Assembly: GCA_016793965.1 (NCBI GenBank)
Contig: JAEULF010000187.1
Location: forward strand, 1 to 41,987
Source of the DNA: Alphaproteobacteria bacterium
GTDB taxonomy: Bacteria; Pseudomonadota; Alphaproteobacteria; JAEULF01
DNA length: 41,987 nt
Direction of reading: 5' to 3'
The notes under the pieces are model-generated. The model saw only the letters and a program-made list of their open reading frames with translations, did not search any database and was not told where the DNA came from. Each line of letters starts with the position of its first letter. Positions within the stretch are counted from its first letter, which is position 1. The translations under genes and the position numbers were made by a program. Below, piece by piece: positions 1-8,335 of the stretch.

Positions 1-83
1 CTGGTGGAAGCGTCACCGCAATGGCTGATCGACGTGGCGACCCGCTACTGACCGTAGATCGGCTCTGTAGATTGACCCCGATC

Positions 84-88
84 TGCGC
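84..88. repeat. Target-site duplication, left copy (TGCGC)
   Basis: The pentanucleotide TGCGC lies immediately outside the left terminus. It is identical to 39803-39807, just outside the right terminus. A 5-bp duplication is the Tn7-family hallmark. Confidence 0.85.
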
Positions 89-115
89 TGTCATTTCCAC
101 GAATAGATGAGAGTG
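89..115 (+). repeat. Left terminal inverted repeat, including the outermost putative TnsB site
   Basis: TGTCATTTCCACGAATAGATGAGAGTG compares with the reverse complement of 39776-39802, TGTCATTTCCACGAATAAATGAGAGTG. There is one mismatch. Confidence 0.9.
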
Positions 116-174
116 GGTCACGGCGGAATTCCGCCAGTCAACCCAGCAGCGGCACCCATTTTCCGATGCGACCG

Positions 175-197
175 ACACATTGAATGGTGAGAGTGGG
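175..197 (+). repeat. Putative internal TnsB-binding site L2
   Basis: ACACATTGAATGGTGAGAGTGGG shares the ACAT-N(8-9)-TGAGAGTG(G/C) pattern with the other end-proximal sites. Confidence 0.55.
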
Positions 198-206
198 TTG
201 CAATCC

Positions 207-229
207 GACATCAAACAGTGAGAGTGGCC
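207..229 (+). repeat. Putative internal TnsB-binding site L3
   Basis: GACATCAAACAGTGAGAGTGGCC has the same pattern and orientation as L1 and L2. Confidence 0.55.
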
Positions 230-249
230 ACGCTCATACCTTTTCTATT

Positions 250-764
250 TCAACAGGATAGCAGATCAAGCGTCGGCGTTTTTGAGCACTGCGCTTTCGG
301 GTGTCGGAAATCGAAATGGAATCGCGCCCCCCCGATCAGCTTGATCCGGTCGACAGCGGCCTGGAGGCTCCTGCCGCCCACCACGGCCGGGACCCGCTCC
401 ATCTGTACATCCATCGCCTCCTCAACTCCATTTGCGCCGCCGACCCAATGGCAGCTTACCGTGATCAACAGACCCACCGAACGACGCGCTTCATCGCCCA
501 CCCGCGCCCATCCTCCACGACGGCCGACCTGACTCCTCAGCCAGGGCACTCGATCCTCAAGCACCGACCCGCAGGCATCGACCTCCAGGCATCGATCGCC
601 AGCGCGTCGATCCTGTCGTACTCCGCGTGCGTGCTGACGTGCGCGACCGGCATGCGCTGTGCCGCGAAATCGACCTCTGTGATGAGGTGGACCCGCCTAC
701 CCTGCTCGAACTTGACGCACCCGCGGCCGAGCCCCGGAGGTCCTGAAGTGGTATTGCTGATCTA
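250..764 (-). pseudogene. Decayed ORF downstream of the XRE gene, interrupted by a 14-bp tandem duplication (product unknown)
   Basis: Two minus-strand frames have coding-like codon structure (G-rich first position, G/C-rich third position). They join into one stop-free frame if one copy of the imperfect tandem repeat at 568-581 / 582-595 is removed. There is no canonical start codon near the 5' end. Confidence 0.3.
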
Positions 765-769
765 ATGCG

Positions 770-1102
770 TCACAGCCCAGCCGGCGTCTTAGGGATTCGC
801 ACGCGCTTGGGCAGGCGCTGGACGTCAAGGAGCAAGCCCTGGTCGTCGCGGCTCTGGTCTAGAATCTCGCCCAGCACGTTGCCGAAACCAAGAACGAAGA
901 AGGTCATGGCGTATGCGCCCATCGCCACGGTCGGACTGCCCTTCTCGATTCGCAGGTAGGTGCTTTTCGCGACACCAAGCCGCTCGGCCATCATCTTCAC
1001 TGTCAGGCTGCGCTTCTTGCGGGCAATGGCAATATCCGCGCCGAGCTTGGACAAGGAGCGCTTCACCTTGTTTGGCAGGATATCTTCGACAGCGGATCGC
1101 AT
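770..1102 (-). CDS. XRE/Cro-family helix-turn-helix transcriptional regulator (HipB-like antitoxin architecture)
   Basis: 110-aa ORF with a typical HTH segment, LTVKMMAERLGVAKSTYLRIEKG. Confidence 0.8.
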   Translation of the reverse strand: MRSAVEDILPNKVKRSLSKLGADIAIARKKRSLTVKMMAERLGVAKSTYLRIEKGSPTVAMGAYAMTFFVLGFGNVLGEILDQSRDDQGLLLDVQRLPKRVRIPKTPAGL

Positions 1103-1285
1103 AAGGGCTCATCCACGATACTTTCTGGGCAGTTATGGTCTCATACATACTCCCGCTATGTCTAGATCACGATACTGGCCGGTCGTGCCCCAGGACGTGG
1201 TGTAGCAGCTGCGCTCTGGCCTGATGCTCTGGCGGTTGGGATCTCCGCCGTCAGGTCGCCACTGCGGGTAGCCTGACGGCGGCAC

Positions 1286-1429
1286 TATCGCCGAGCGGTG
1301 CGAGGTTGCCAGCGGCATGTAGCAGCGCTGCACGGCCCACTCGTCGTTCTGCTCGAGCAAGGGCTCCGCGCCCCCTCTCGTTGCGCAACCGAGCCAAGAC
1401 GGCTCAAATGCACCGGGGGTTCTACCTCG
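1286..1429 (-). pseudogene. Relic of the C-terminus of an IS256-family (mutator-type) transposase
   Basis: The translated segment ...GAEPLLEQNDEWAVQRCYMPLATS carries the conserved IS256 C-terminal signature LLEQNDEWAVQR-RYM. No upstream catalytic domain or inverted repeats were seen. Confidence 0.45.
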
Positions 1430-1590
1430 CCCTGGATGAAAGTTGGGGCTCAGGTCAACCTGGGGCGTCCAGTATCTGGGCGACACGAATGTGGACATAC
1501 TGGCCGTGTTCGCCATTGCTGGCTCAGCAGCCGCTGACAATTGTCGCCGAGAGGTGTTGTTCTGTCTCTACCTGAGTCTGCGCGCCCTGG

Positions 1591-2106
1591 TCACCCCCGC
1601 TCCCGCGCGATCGCGCACGCGGCGTCGCAGAGGGCAATCATGTGCGCGACGTCGCCGGCCGCGCGATGGGTCCGCGGCGCGGCCAGACTGGCGCGCCGGC
1701 GCGCCTCGTCCCATTCGTCGGGATCGAGGCCGCAGGTCCGCGCGAGCATGGTCCTGAGGCAGCCGACCCGCGGGCACAGGCTTGCCACGCCGCCCGCCTC
1801 GAACAGGCGCCAGAGCCAGATATGGTCCACCTCGTGCGCATCGCTGAACAGCGGTACCTTGGCGACGTCGTGCAGCAGGCGGGCGCAGACCTCGCGCGGC
1901 GGCAGGCCCTGCTCGAGCAGCGTGACCCGCCTGATCTTGTGGACCTCCTGGGACGCGGGATCCCAGTCGATCCACTCCGGCTCGGGGCAAACCAGGCAGC
2001 TCGTCGGCGCCCGCTCGCCAATGACGCCCCAGCCGACCTCAATGGGGTAGCTGCGGTCCGGGTGCAGGCTCGACGCCTCGATGTCGATCAGGCCGACGGT
2101 CAGCAT
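1591..2106 (-). CDS. DEDDh-type 3'-5' exonuclease domain protein (DnaQ-like fold)
   Basis: 171-aa ORF with IDIEASSL (Exo I DxE), SDAHEVDHIWL (Exo II-like) and HRAAGDVAHM (H-x4-D Exo III). Confidence 0.65.
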   Translation of the reverse strand: MLTVGLIDIEASSLHPDRSYPIEVGWGVIGERAPTSCLVCPEPEWIDWDPASQEVHKIRRVTLLEQGLPPREVCARLLHDVAKVPLFSDAHEVDHIWLWRLFEAGGVASLCPRVGCLRTMLARTCGLDPDEWDEARRRASLAAPRTHRAAGDVAHMIALCDAACAIARERG

Positions 2107-2280
2107 GGCTGGATCCCTCGTGCCCGGGATGGTCGTTGCTTGCCGGGCGCCCTTTGCGCTCGACCAAGACTCGCGGGAGCCTGGCTACCGGGATTTGGCT
2201 GAGGCTCGTTCGTCATCCCATCGGGGACCATGGCGCTGCTCCGACATTCTCGGCCGGACGTCAGGGCCTATGAACACGAA

Positions 2281-2305
2281 GGCCCCGCACGTTGCCGGCG
2301 GGGCC
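2281..2305 (-). terminator. Possible intrinsic terminator hairpin
   Basis: The 8-bp GC stem GGCCCCGC / GCGGGGCC has a 9-nt loop. On the minus strand it is followed by TTCGTGTTCA, a weak U-tract. It lies downstream of the nuclease remnant. Confidence 0.3.
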
Positions 2306-2574
2306 TGGGGCGTTCAGTCACGTATCGTCACACGCGTGCTCGCTCTCCTGGCCCGCCAGAGCGGGACATGGTGGTGGCGGCAGCGCGTGCGACCTTGTTG
2401 CTCATGGGCCTCGGCTACTCTGCGGCCGGGACTCTGTCAAGCTGTCGATCCGGGAGCGACGGGCGTACAAAGGGCCGACACCATGGCACGATCAGCCGTC
2501 ATCTGCGCTGGCGCTCGGCATCGCCTGCTACAATCGGCCGTCGACAGTACCTGATGCACACCGGTGCCGCGCCC

Positions 2575-2953
2575 CTAACGGAGGCACCAACGCGGCCGCG
2601 GCCCCTTGCCTGAGTAGGGCGGACCGTGGCCGGCAGCGACAATGAACTCCGCCAGGTCGCGCCCGTCGACGAGCACAACGGCAAGCGTGCGGTAGGACTT
2701 GTCAGCTGCAGCTGGCCGGCATGAACACAGCTTTCCCACATTGAGCGCAGACAAGTCGCGGCCGGCCGGTCTCCTTTGCGTCATGAAGAATGGTGCGCAG
2801 CCGCACCACGCGGTCGTGGCGGAAACGACGGATCAAATCGACGGCCCGATGGGTGCGCCCTTGGTTACCTCCTCGATCTCCGGGTCCCCAACCGGGTCGG
2901 CTAGCTCGGTCGGGAGGCAGGTGACGTTGGGCATCTTGCACTTCCCTGGCCAA
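2575..2953 (-). pseudogene. Thermonuclease (staphylococcal-nuclease-like) gene, apparently frameshifted
   Basis: The C-terminal frame reads ...DKSYRTLAVVLVDGRDLAEFIVAAGHGPPYSGKG, matching the SNase-family pattern DRYGR-LA-V-VDGRDL...AG-A-PY. The upstream part (VRLRTILHDAKETGRP..C) is in a different frame, so one frameshift near 2720-2760 is required. Confidence 0.35.
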
Positions 2954-3027
2954 TCAGGGCTCGCCGGCTTGCGTACCGCGCACCTTTTCGTCCAAGCCGT
3001 GCATCGCTCCCATCGACCTCGCGCAAC

Positions 3028-3633
3028 CTAGCGGAACCCGAGTACATGCTTGCGAATCGTGTCGAGATCGTTCCGAACGATGGCCGCATTCAACTCGCGT
3101 CGGCGCAGGTTGCTCGGGTTCGACGCATCCCATGATTCGACTTCGTGCAGCAACCGACCATTCGATCCCAGCAGCGCGTCCGCGTGTTGCACGACGATTC
3201 GATTGGGCACAGCCTCCGGCCGGATCTGCAGGAGCGCCGCCATCGCCTCTGGTTCACGTCCTCGACCCAATCGATCTGCCATGACAGCAAGCGTGATCGC
3301 GGAAGAGCGGCTGATCCCAGCCTTGCAGTGCACCAGCATTGTCGCATCGATGTTCTCGCGCGCGAATGCCACGGCGGACTCCACATCTGCACGGGTCGCC
3401 GTCCGGTAGCCAGGGTGCGGCTCGTCCAGGTCAACGAACCACAGCCTCAGGAGCGGCGGAACTGGCTCGCGGTGGAATGAAAGAATGCCGCGGACGCCGG
3501 GATCGTGGATCGAGATGATTGCGCCGTACCGCCGCTTGATCCGCCGGGCACGAGCAAGCGACGCCACCGAGATCGTACCGCCAGGAGTCATGCTGTCGGG
3601 CGCGGGCATCAATGACGTCACAGGCTTCGACAA
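3028..3633 (-). CDS. Cysteine-dependent protein tyrosine / dual-specificity phosphatase-like protein
   Basis: 201-aa ORF with the P-loop signature HCKAGISRS (C-x5-R-S). Confidence 0.7.
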   Translation of the reverse strand: MSKPVTSLMPAPDSMTPGGTISVASLARARRIKRRYGAIISIHDPGVRGILSFHREPVPPLLRLWFVDLDEPHPGYRTATRADVESAVAFARENIDATMLVHCKAGISRSSAITLAVMADRLGRGREPEAMAALLQIRPEAVPNRIVVQHADALLGSNGRLLHEVESWDASNPSNLRRRELNAAIVRNDLDTIRKHVLGFR

Positions 3634-4180
3634 ATTGACCTCGCCTTGGACGGCCAGCGGGAGACTGCCGCAGGCGAGCGGCGCACCTTGCGACGGCTCT
3701 CAGCACGCCGCGGCGCCATTGCCGGCTCCGTCGGGCGCATGATCCTCGATTCCTCCGTCAGACCCATAGGACCCTCCGCCTGTCGATTGGCTGCGTAAGG
3801 CCCCTCACGGCGTTGTCAGGAGGCGGCGCGATTCAAAGTAGAGCAGCATCCCGCCGAAGTCGCCACCCTCGGAGCCGACGCGCCCGGTCGCCCGGGCGTG
3901 CGCCGGCAGGTCGGCGTTTCGTTGGGGCACGAGGGCCCGCACTTCCGCGCGCTGCGCGCCGATTCTCAGCATGCATTTGCTGCTGTCGGCCCGCGCGGGC
4001 ATCTCCCTTGCCCATGGCCTGTCGAAGGGCGACGCGACGATGGAGCTAGCACGCACGATCGTGGCGGTTGGTTCTGGCCGCGGTCAGCTCCGAAGCCGGC
4101 GCGCGCCACCATCTCGGCAATGGCGCCCGCGCTGATCGTCGGCCCGAACACCTTGGAAAATAGCCAGAGACTGGACACCT

Positions 4181-6436
4181 TCACTCCAGATCGACGGCCC
4201 GCAGGCGCAGCGCGTTGCCAATGACGCTGACTGAGCTCAGAGCCATGGCTGCGGCGGCGATGATCGGCGACAGCAAAAGGCCGAAGATCGGGTAGAGCGC
4301 GCCGGCAGCGATCGGAACGCCGGCGGCGTTGTAGATGAAGGCGAAGAACAGATTCTGCCTGATGTTGCGCATCGTCGCGCGGCTGAGCTGGCGGGCGCGC
4401 ACGATCCCCAACAGGTCGCCCTTGACCAAGGTCACGCCGGCGCTCTCCATCGCCACGTCCGTACCAGTCCCCATGGCGATGCCGACATCGGCGGCTGCGA
4501 GCGCCGGAGCGTCATTCACCCCGTCGCCGGCCATGGCGACGATCCGACCTTCGGCCCGCAGCCGCACCACCGCCCGGCTCTTGTCCTCCGGCAGCACCTC
4601 CGCTTCAAAAGCGTCCAAGCCGAGCTTGGCCGCGACGGCAGCGGCCGTTACGCGGTTGTCGCCGGTCAGCATGACGACGCGCACGCCGGCCGCGCGCAAC
4701 GCTGTCATGGCGGCAGGCGTCGATGGCTTGACCGGGTCGGCGATGCCGATCGAGAGCGCGGGCCGGCCGTCGACGCCGACAAAGATTGCGGTCGCGCCGT
4801 CCTGCCGCACGCGATCAGCGGCCGCGTCGAGCGGCGCCGTGTCGATACCTTGCTCCTTCAGGAAGCGGCTCGATCCGATCGCGACCGCGCGCCCGTCAAC
4901 CCGGCCGGTCACGCCCTTGCCGGTCGTCGACGCAAAGCCGACCGGCTCGCCGAGCGCGAGGCCGCGCGCGCTCGCGGCGCGCACGACGGCCTGCGCCAGC
5001 GGATGCTCGCTGGGCCGGTCGAGGCTGGCGGCGAGCCGCAGCGCCTCGTCCTCGGCGAAACCCGGCCCGGCCGACTGCGAGACCACCTCGGGCTTGCCGG
5101 CGGTGAGGGTACCGGTCTTGTCGACCACCAGCGTATCGACCCGCTCCATCCGCTCCAGCGCCTCCGCGTCGCGGATCAGGACGCCGGACCGGGCGCCCCG
5201 CCCGACGCCGACCATGATCGACATCGGCGTCGCGAGGCCGAGCGCGCAGGGACAGGCGATGATCAGGACCGACACGGCGGCGACGAGTCCGTAGGTCAGC
5301 GCCGGCTCCGGGCCGAACGCGCCCCAGGCGACGAAGGCCAGCGCCGCCACGGCGACGACGGTCGGCACGAACCAGCCGGACACGACGTCCGCCAGGCGCT
5401 GGATCGGCGCTCGGCTGCGCTGCGCCGCAGCGACCAGCTGGACGATCCGCGCCAGCATGGTGTCGCGGCCGACGCGCTCGGCCGTCATGACGAGCGCGCC
5501 CGTCTGGTTGAGCGTGCCGCCGATCAGCTTCTGCCCGGTTTCCTTCGTCACCGGCATCGACTCGCCTGTCACCATCGATTCGTCGAGGGTGCTGCGGCCC
5601 TCGCGGACGATGCCATCGACCGGCACCGACTCGCCCGGCCGCACGCGAAGCCGGTCGCCCACCGCGATCCGGTCGAGCGGCACCTCCTCCTCCCCGCCGT
5701 CCGCCAGGAGGCGGCGTGCCTGCTTGGGCGAGAGGTCGAGCAGCGCCCGGATGGCGCCGCTGGTGCTCTCGCGCGCCCTGAGCTCCAGCACCTGGCCCAG
5801 CAGCACGAGCACCGTGATCACCGCCGCCGCCTCGAAGTAGATGGCAACCATGCCCGAAGGGGCGTGGAACGCCGGCGGAAATGCGCCAGGGGCCGCAGTC
5901 GCCGCCAGGCTGTAGGCCCAGGCAACGCCCGTGCCCATGGCGATCAGCGTGAACATGTTGAGGTTGCGCGTGCGCACCGAGTGGAAGGCCCGCTCGAAGA
6001 ACGGCCAGCCAGCCCAGAGCACGACCGGGGTCGCGAGGACGAGCTGGATCCATGCCGACCACGCGGCTGGAACGAGGCGATGCAGGCCGGTGAGATGGCC
6101 GCCCATCTCCAAGGCCGCGATGGGCAGGGTCAGGCCGAGGGCGATCCAGAAGCGGCGGGACATGTCGGCCAGCTCCGGATTGGGCCCTGCGCCAGCCGCC
6201 ACGATTTCCGGCTCAAGCGCCATGCCGCAGACCGGGCACGAGCCCGGCCCGTCGCGGACGATTTCCGGGTGCATGGGACAAGTCCAGCGCGCGCCGACAG
6301 GCACGGCGGCCAGGTCGATCGGCAGTCGCGCCGCACCATGGCCATGGTCGTGGCCAGCACCGTGCGCGCGGCCACCGGAGATGGAGGGTCCGTGCTCGCC
6401 ATGGCAGCAATCGTGCGTCTGCTCTTGCGCGGTCAT
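4181..6436 (-). CDS. copA: Cu(I)/Ag(I)-translocating P1B-1-type ATPase
   Basis: 751 aa. His-rich N-terminus; CPMHPE...CPVCGM metal-binding module; TGES; CPC-x6-P ([11 protein letters not shown]); DKTGT; YN-x4-P (IYNAAGVP); M-x2-SS (MALSS); GDGVNDAP. Confidence 0.95.
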   Translation of the reverse strand: MTAQEQTHDCCHGEHGPSISGGRAHGAGHDHGHGAARLPIDLAAVPVGARWTCPMHPEIVRDGPGSCPVCGMALEPEIVAAGAGPNPELADMSRRFWIALGLTLPIAALEMGGHLTGLHRLVPAAWSAWIQLVLATPVVLWAGWPFFERAFHSVRTRNLNMFTLIAMGTGVAWAYSLAATAAPGAFPPAFHAPSGMVAIYFEAAAVITVLVLLGQVLELRARESTSGAIRALLDLSPKQARRLLADGGEEEVPLDRIAVGDRLRVRPGESVPVDGIVREGRSTLDESMVTGESMPVTKETGQKLIGGTLNQTGALVMTAERVGRDTMLARIVQLVAAAQRSRAPIQRLADVVSGWFVPTVVAVAALAFVAWGAFGPEPALTYGLVAAVSVLIIACPCALGLATPMSIMVGVGRGARSGVLIRDAEALERMERVDTLVVDKTGTLTAGKPEVVSQSAGPGFAEDEALRLAASLDRPSEHPLAQAVVRAASARGLALGEPVGFASTTGKGVTGRVDGRAVAIGSSRFLKEQGIDTAPLDAAADRVRQDGATAIFVGVDGRPALSIGIADPVKPSTPAAMTALRAAGVRVVMLTGDNRVTAAAVAAKLGLDAFEAEVLPEDKSRAVVRLRAEGRIVAMAGDGVNDAPALAAADVGIAMGTGTDVAMESAGVTLVKGDLLGIVRARQLSRATMRNIRQNLFFAFIYNAAGVPIAAGALYPIFGLLLSPIIAAAAMALSSVSVIGNALRLRAVDLE

Positions 6437-6482
6437 GACATCCTCGCTCCGTGATCGGACTTGCTGCCGGCAGCGGCGGCAG

Positions 6483-6523
6483 ATACCCTATGTGGGTATT
6501 TATCTACACCCCTGGGGGGTATA
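6483..6523. promoter_or_regulatory. Two CsoR-type operator palindromes in the copA/csoR divergent promoter
   Basis: ATACCC-TATGT-GGGTAT (6483-6499) and TACACCCC-T-GGGGGGTATA (6505-6523). These GC-tract inverted repeats are of the TACCCC...GGGGTA kind bound by CsoR-family repressors. Confidence 0.6.
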
Positions 6524-6804
6524 TGGCAAGCATGAGCGAATCGCGACGGAAGACCCGCATCAACCGCCTGAGCCGGCTCGAAGGCCAGGTGCGCGGCGTC
6601 GCCCGCATGGTCGAGGAGGATCGCTATTGCATCGACATCATCACGCAGATCCGCGCGACCCGGGCTGCGCTCGCCCGGGTCGAGGAAGAGATCCTGCGCG
6701 ACCATGTCGAGCACTGCGTGGCGCATGCGATCGCGAGCGGCGACGCCGCCGAGCGGCAGCAGAAGATCGACGAGCTGATGGATGTCGTCTCCCGCGTCCG
6801 CTGA
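6523..6804 (+). CDS. csoR: CsoR/RcnR/FrmR-family metal-sensing repressor
   Basis: The internal ATG at 6523 of ORF 6451..6804 gives a 93-aa protein. It carries the family pattern RLSRLEGQVRGVARMVEEDRYCIDIITQI...HVEHCV (Cys / His / Cys ligand positions). Confidence 0.85.
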   Translation: MASMSESRRKTRINRLSRLEGQVRGVARMVEEDRYCIDIITQIRATRAALARVEEEILRDHVEHCVAHAIASGDAAERQQKIDELMDVVSRVR

Positions 6805-6945
6805 TGCCCGGAGGGCGCGCAAACCGAATCGGCCGATCTCAGGCGTGACGCCAGCACTCAACTCCGCGGCTGACGCCAACGCCGAGAATGAAGCTGCGGC
6901 GGCTTGCGGGCGCGACGCCGCTGCGCGGGCCCGATCGGTCCTCGC

Positions 6946-7611
6946 TCAGGCGCGCCGGGCGGGCGGATCGCCGACCGCCCGGCCGAGCCGCGGCAGGAAC
7001 GCCGGCACTCGAGCGGCATAGCGGTCGTAGGCCTCTCCGAACGCGGCCCGGGCCTCCTGCTCCTCGCGCCGGGCAAGCCGCACGTACATCCACGCAAGCA
7101 TCGGGAACATCGCGAGGGTCAGCAGCGTCGGCCACTGCGCGAGGAAGCCCAGCATGATCAGGATGAAGCCTGCGTACTGCGGGTGGCGCATCCGGGCGTA
7201 GGGCCCTGTCTCGGCAAGTCGGCCCCGGCGCTGCGCCGCGTAGAGGACGCGCCAAGCCGTGGCGATCAGCGTGAATCCGCCGCCGATGAGCAGGAAGCTC
7301 AGCAGATGGAACGGGCCGAAATGCGGGTTCGCCTTCCAGCCGAGCAGCATCTCCGGCAGGTGCCCGGCATCGTGCGTCAGCCAATCGATCCCAGGGAAGC
7401 GGCTCTGCAGCCAGCCTGAGAGCAAGTAGATGGTCAGCGGGAAGCCGTACATCTCGCTGAACAGCGCCACCAGGAATGCGCTGAAGGCGCCGAACGTCCG
7501 CCAGTCGCGCGTCGTAGCCGGCTTGAAGAAGCTGAACGCGAACAGGATGAAGACCGCCGCATTGATGACGGCGAGGCTCCATAGGCCATAGGCCGTCGGA
7601 GTGCTGCTCAT
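6946..7611 (-). CDS. Isoprenylcysteine carboxyl methyltransferase (ICMT/PEMT)-family membrane methyltransferase
   Basis: The internal ATG at 7611 gives a 221-aa polytopic protein with GPYARMRHPQYAGF and a C-terminal EE-E motif region. Its start overlaps the stop of the upstream DUF2933 gene (ATGA). Confidence 0.8.
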   Translation of the reverse strand: MSSTPTAYGLWSLAVINAAVFILFAFSFFKPATTRDWRTFGAFSAFLVALFSEMYGFPLTIYLLSGWLQSRFPGIDWLTHDAGHLPEMLLGWKANPHFGPFHLLSFLLIGGGFTLIATAWRVLYAAQRRGRLAETGPYARMRHPQYAGFILIMLGFLAQWPTLLTLAMFPMLAWMYVRLARREEQEARAAFGEAYDRYAARVPAFLPRLGRAVGDPPARRA

Positions 7612-7874
7612 GGCGCATTCCCCCGGCGGTCGTCGGACTTGCCGCCGCCATGGCCGCCATGGCCGCCATGCATGAACACATGCAATAGCGGGCAGGCCAG
7701 CAGCAGAATCCACGGCAAGTACTGGACGACATGCGCGCGGTGCTCCGTCCACAGGAAGTAGCCGGCGACGCCGAGGAAGGCGACGAGCGCCAGGCCGGCT
7801 GGGCTGAGCAGGAAGCCGCCGCGATGCGGATCCTGCTGCGATCCATGGTCGTGCTGCATCATTCTCTCCTTCAC
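7608..7874 (-). CDS. DUF2933-family small membrane protein (His-Gly rich tail)
   Basis: 88 aa. One TM pair followed by LLLACPLLHVFMHGGHGGHGGG. This partner protein typically accompanies ICMT-like genes in metal islands. Confidence 0.75.
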   Translation of the reverse strand: MKERMMQHDHGSQQDPHRGGFLLSPAGLALVAFLGVAGYFLWTEHRAHVVQYLPWILLLACPLLHVFMHGGHGGHGGGKSDDRRGNAP

Positions 7875-7886
7875 GAGGTCGGGGGA

Positions 7887-8333
7887 TTACACGTTGCGAG
7901 GCTTTGCAGCGAGAAAGGCGACGGCAGGCACAACGACCCATTGCAGCAGCGGCGCCAGCCCGGTGCCGAGCGGGCCGAGCACCGGCATCGCCGCGGCGTA
8001 CGCCCAGTCCTTGCGCACCGTCGTGTTGAGCCATTCGCTATAGACCGTGTACGCCACGCCGATCGCGATCGCCGCCGTCGCAACCCGCCGGTAGCGGAAG
8101 GCTGGCCATTGCGGACTGGCCAGGAGCGCCAGGGCCAGGCTTAGACTGGCGGTCGCGATCGCGATGTCGCCCGCCGTGCAGTGGAGCACCGCCCAAGCGA
8201 GCCTGGGCATCGGCGCCTCTGCCCAGATCGTGTAGAGCGGCAGCTGCAGCGTCTCCCAGGCAAGGTGCCCGGCGGCAGCGGCCGTGAGATAGCGGCGGTA
8301 CGCGCCCAGCCAGCCGGGAGGCGCTGCGGCCAT
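7887..8333 (-). CDS. Hypothetical integral membrane protein (about 4 TM)
   Basis: 148-aa ORF with hydrophobic segments and coding-like GC3. It is co-oriented and tightly spaced with neighbouring metal genes. No family was recognised. Confidence 0.55.
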   Translation of the reverse strand: MAAAPPGWLGAYRRYLTAAAAGHLAWETLQLPLYTIWAEAPMPRLAWAVLHCTAGDIAIATASLSLALALLASPQWPAFRYRRVATAAIAIGVAYTVYSEWLNTTVRKDWAYAAAMPVLGPLGTGLAPLLQWVVVPAVAFLAAKPRNV

Positions 8334-8335
8334 GG

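Noticed and set aside
1-51. A possible 3' end of a plus-strand chromosomal gene (LVEASPQWLIDVATRY-stop) in the 88-bp left flank.
   Set aside because: Only 16 codons are visible, which is too short to support a call or a product.
250-765. An intact HipA-type or other toxin gene downstream of the XRE regulator, and the plus-strand ORFs 218..532 and 301..765.
   Set aside because: No intact minus-strand ORF with a start codon exists, and I recognised no HipA kinase motifs. The plus-strand ORFs have C-ending codons characteristic of the shadow of a minus-strand coding frame, and their sequence is not protein-like. The decayed minus-strand frame is reported only as a low-confidence pseudogene.
4850-6454. 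Long ORFs overlapping copA in other frames or on the opposite strand (4850..6454 +, 534 aa; 4335..5294 +; 4896..6062 -).
   Set aside because: These are typical high-GC shadow ORFs. Their translations are Arg/Gly/Asp/His/Ala-rich low-complexity strings with no motifs. The minus-strand 751-aa frame carries every P-type ATPase signature.
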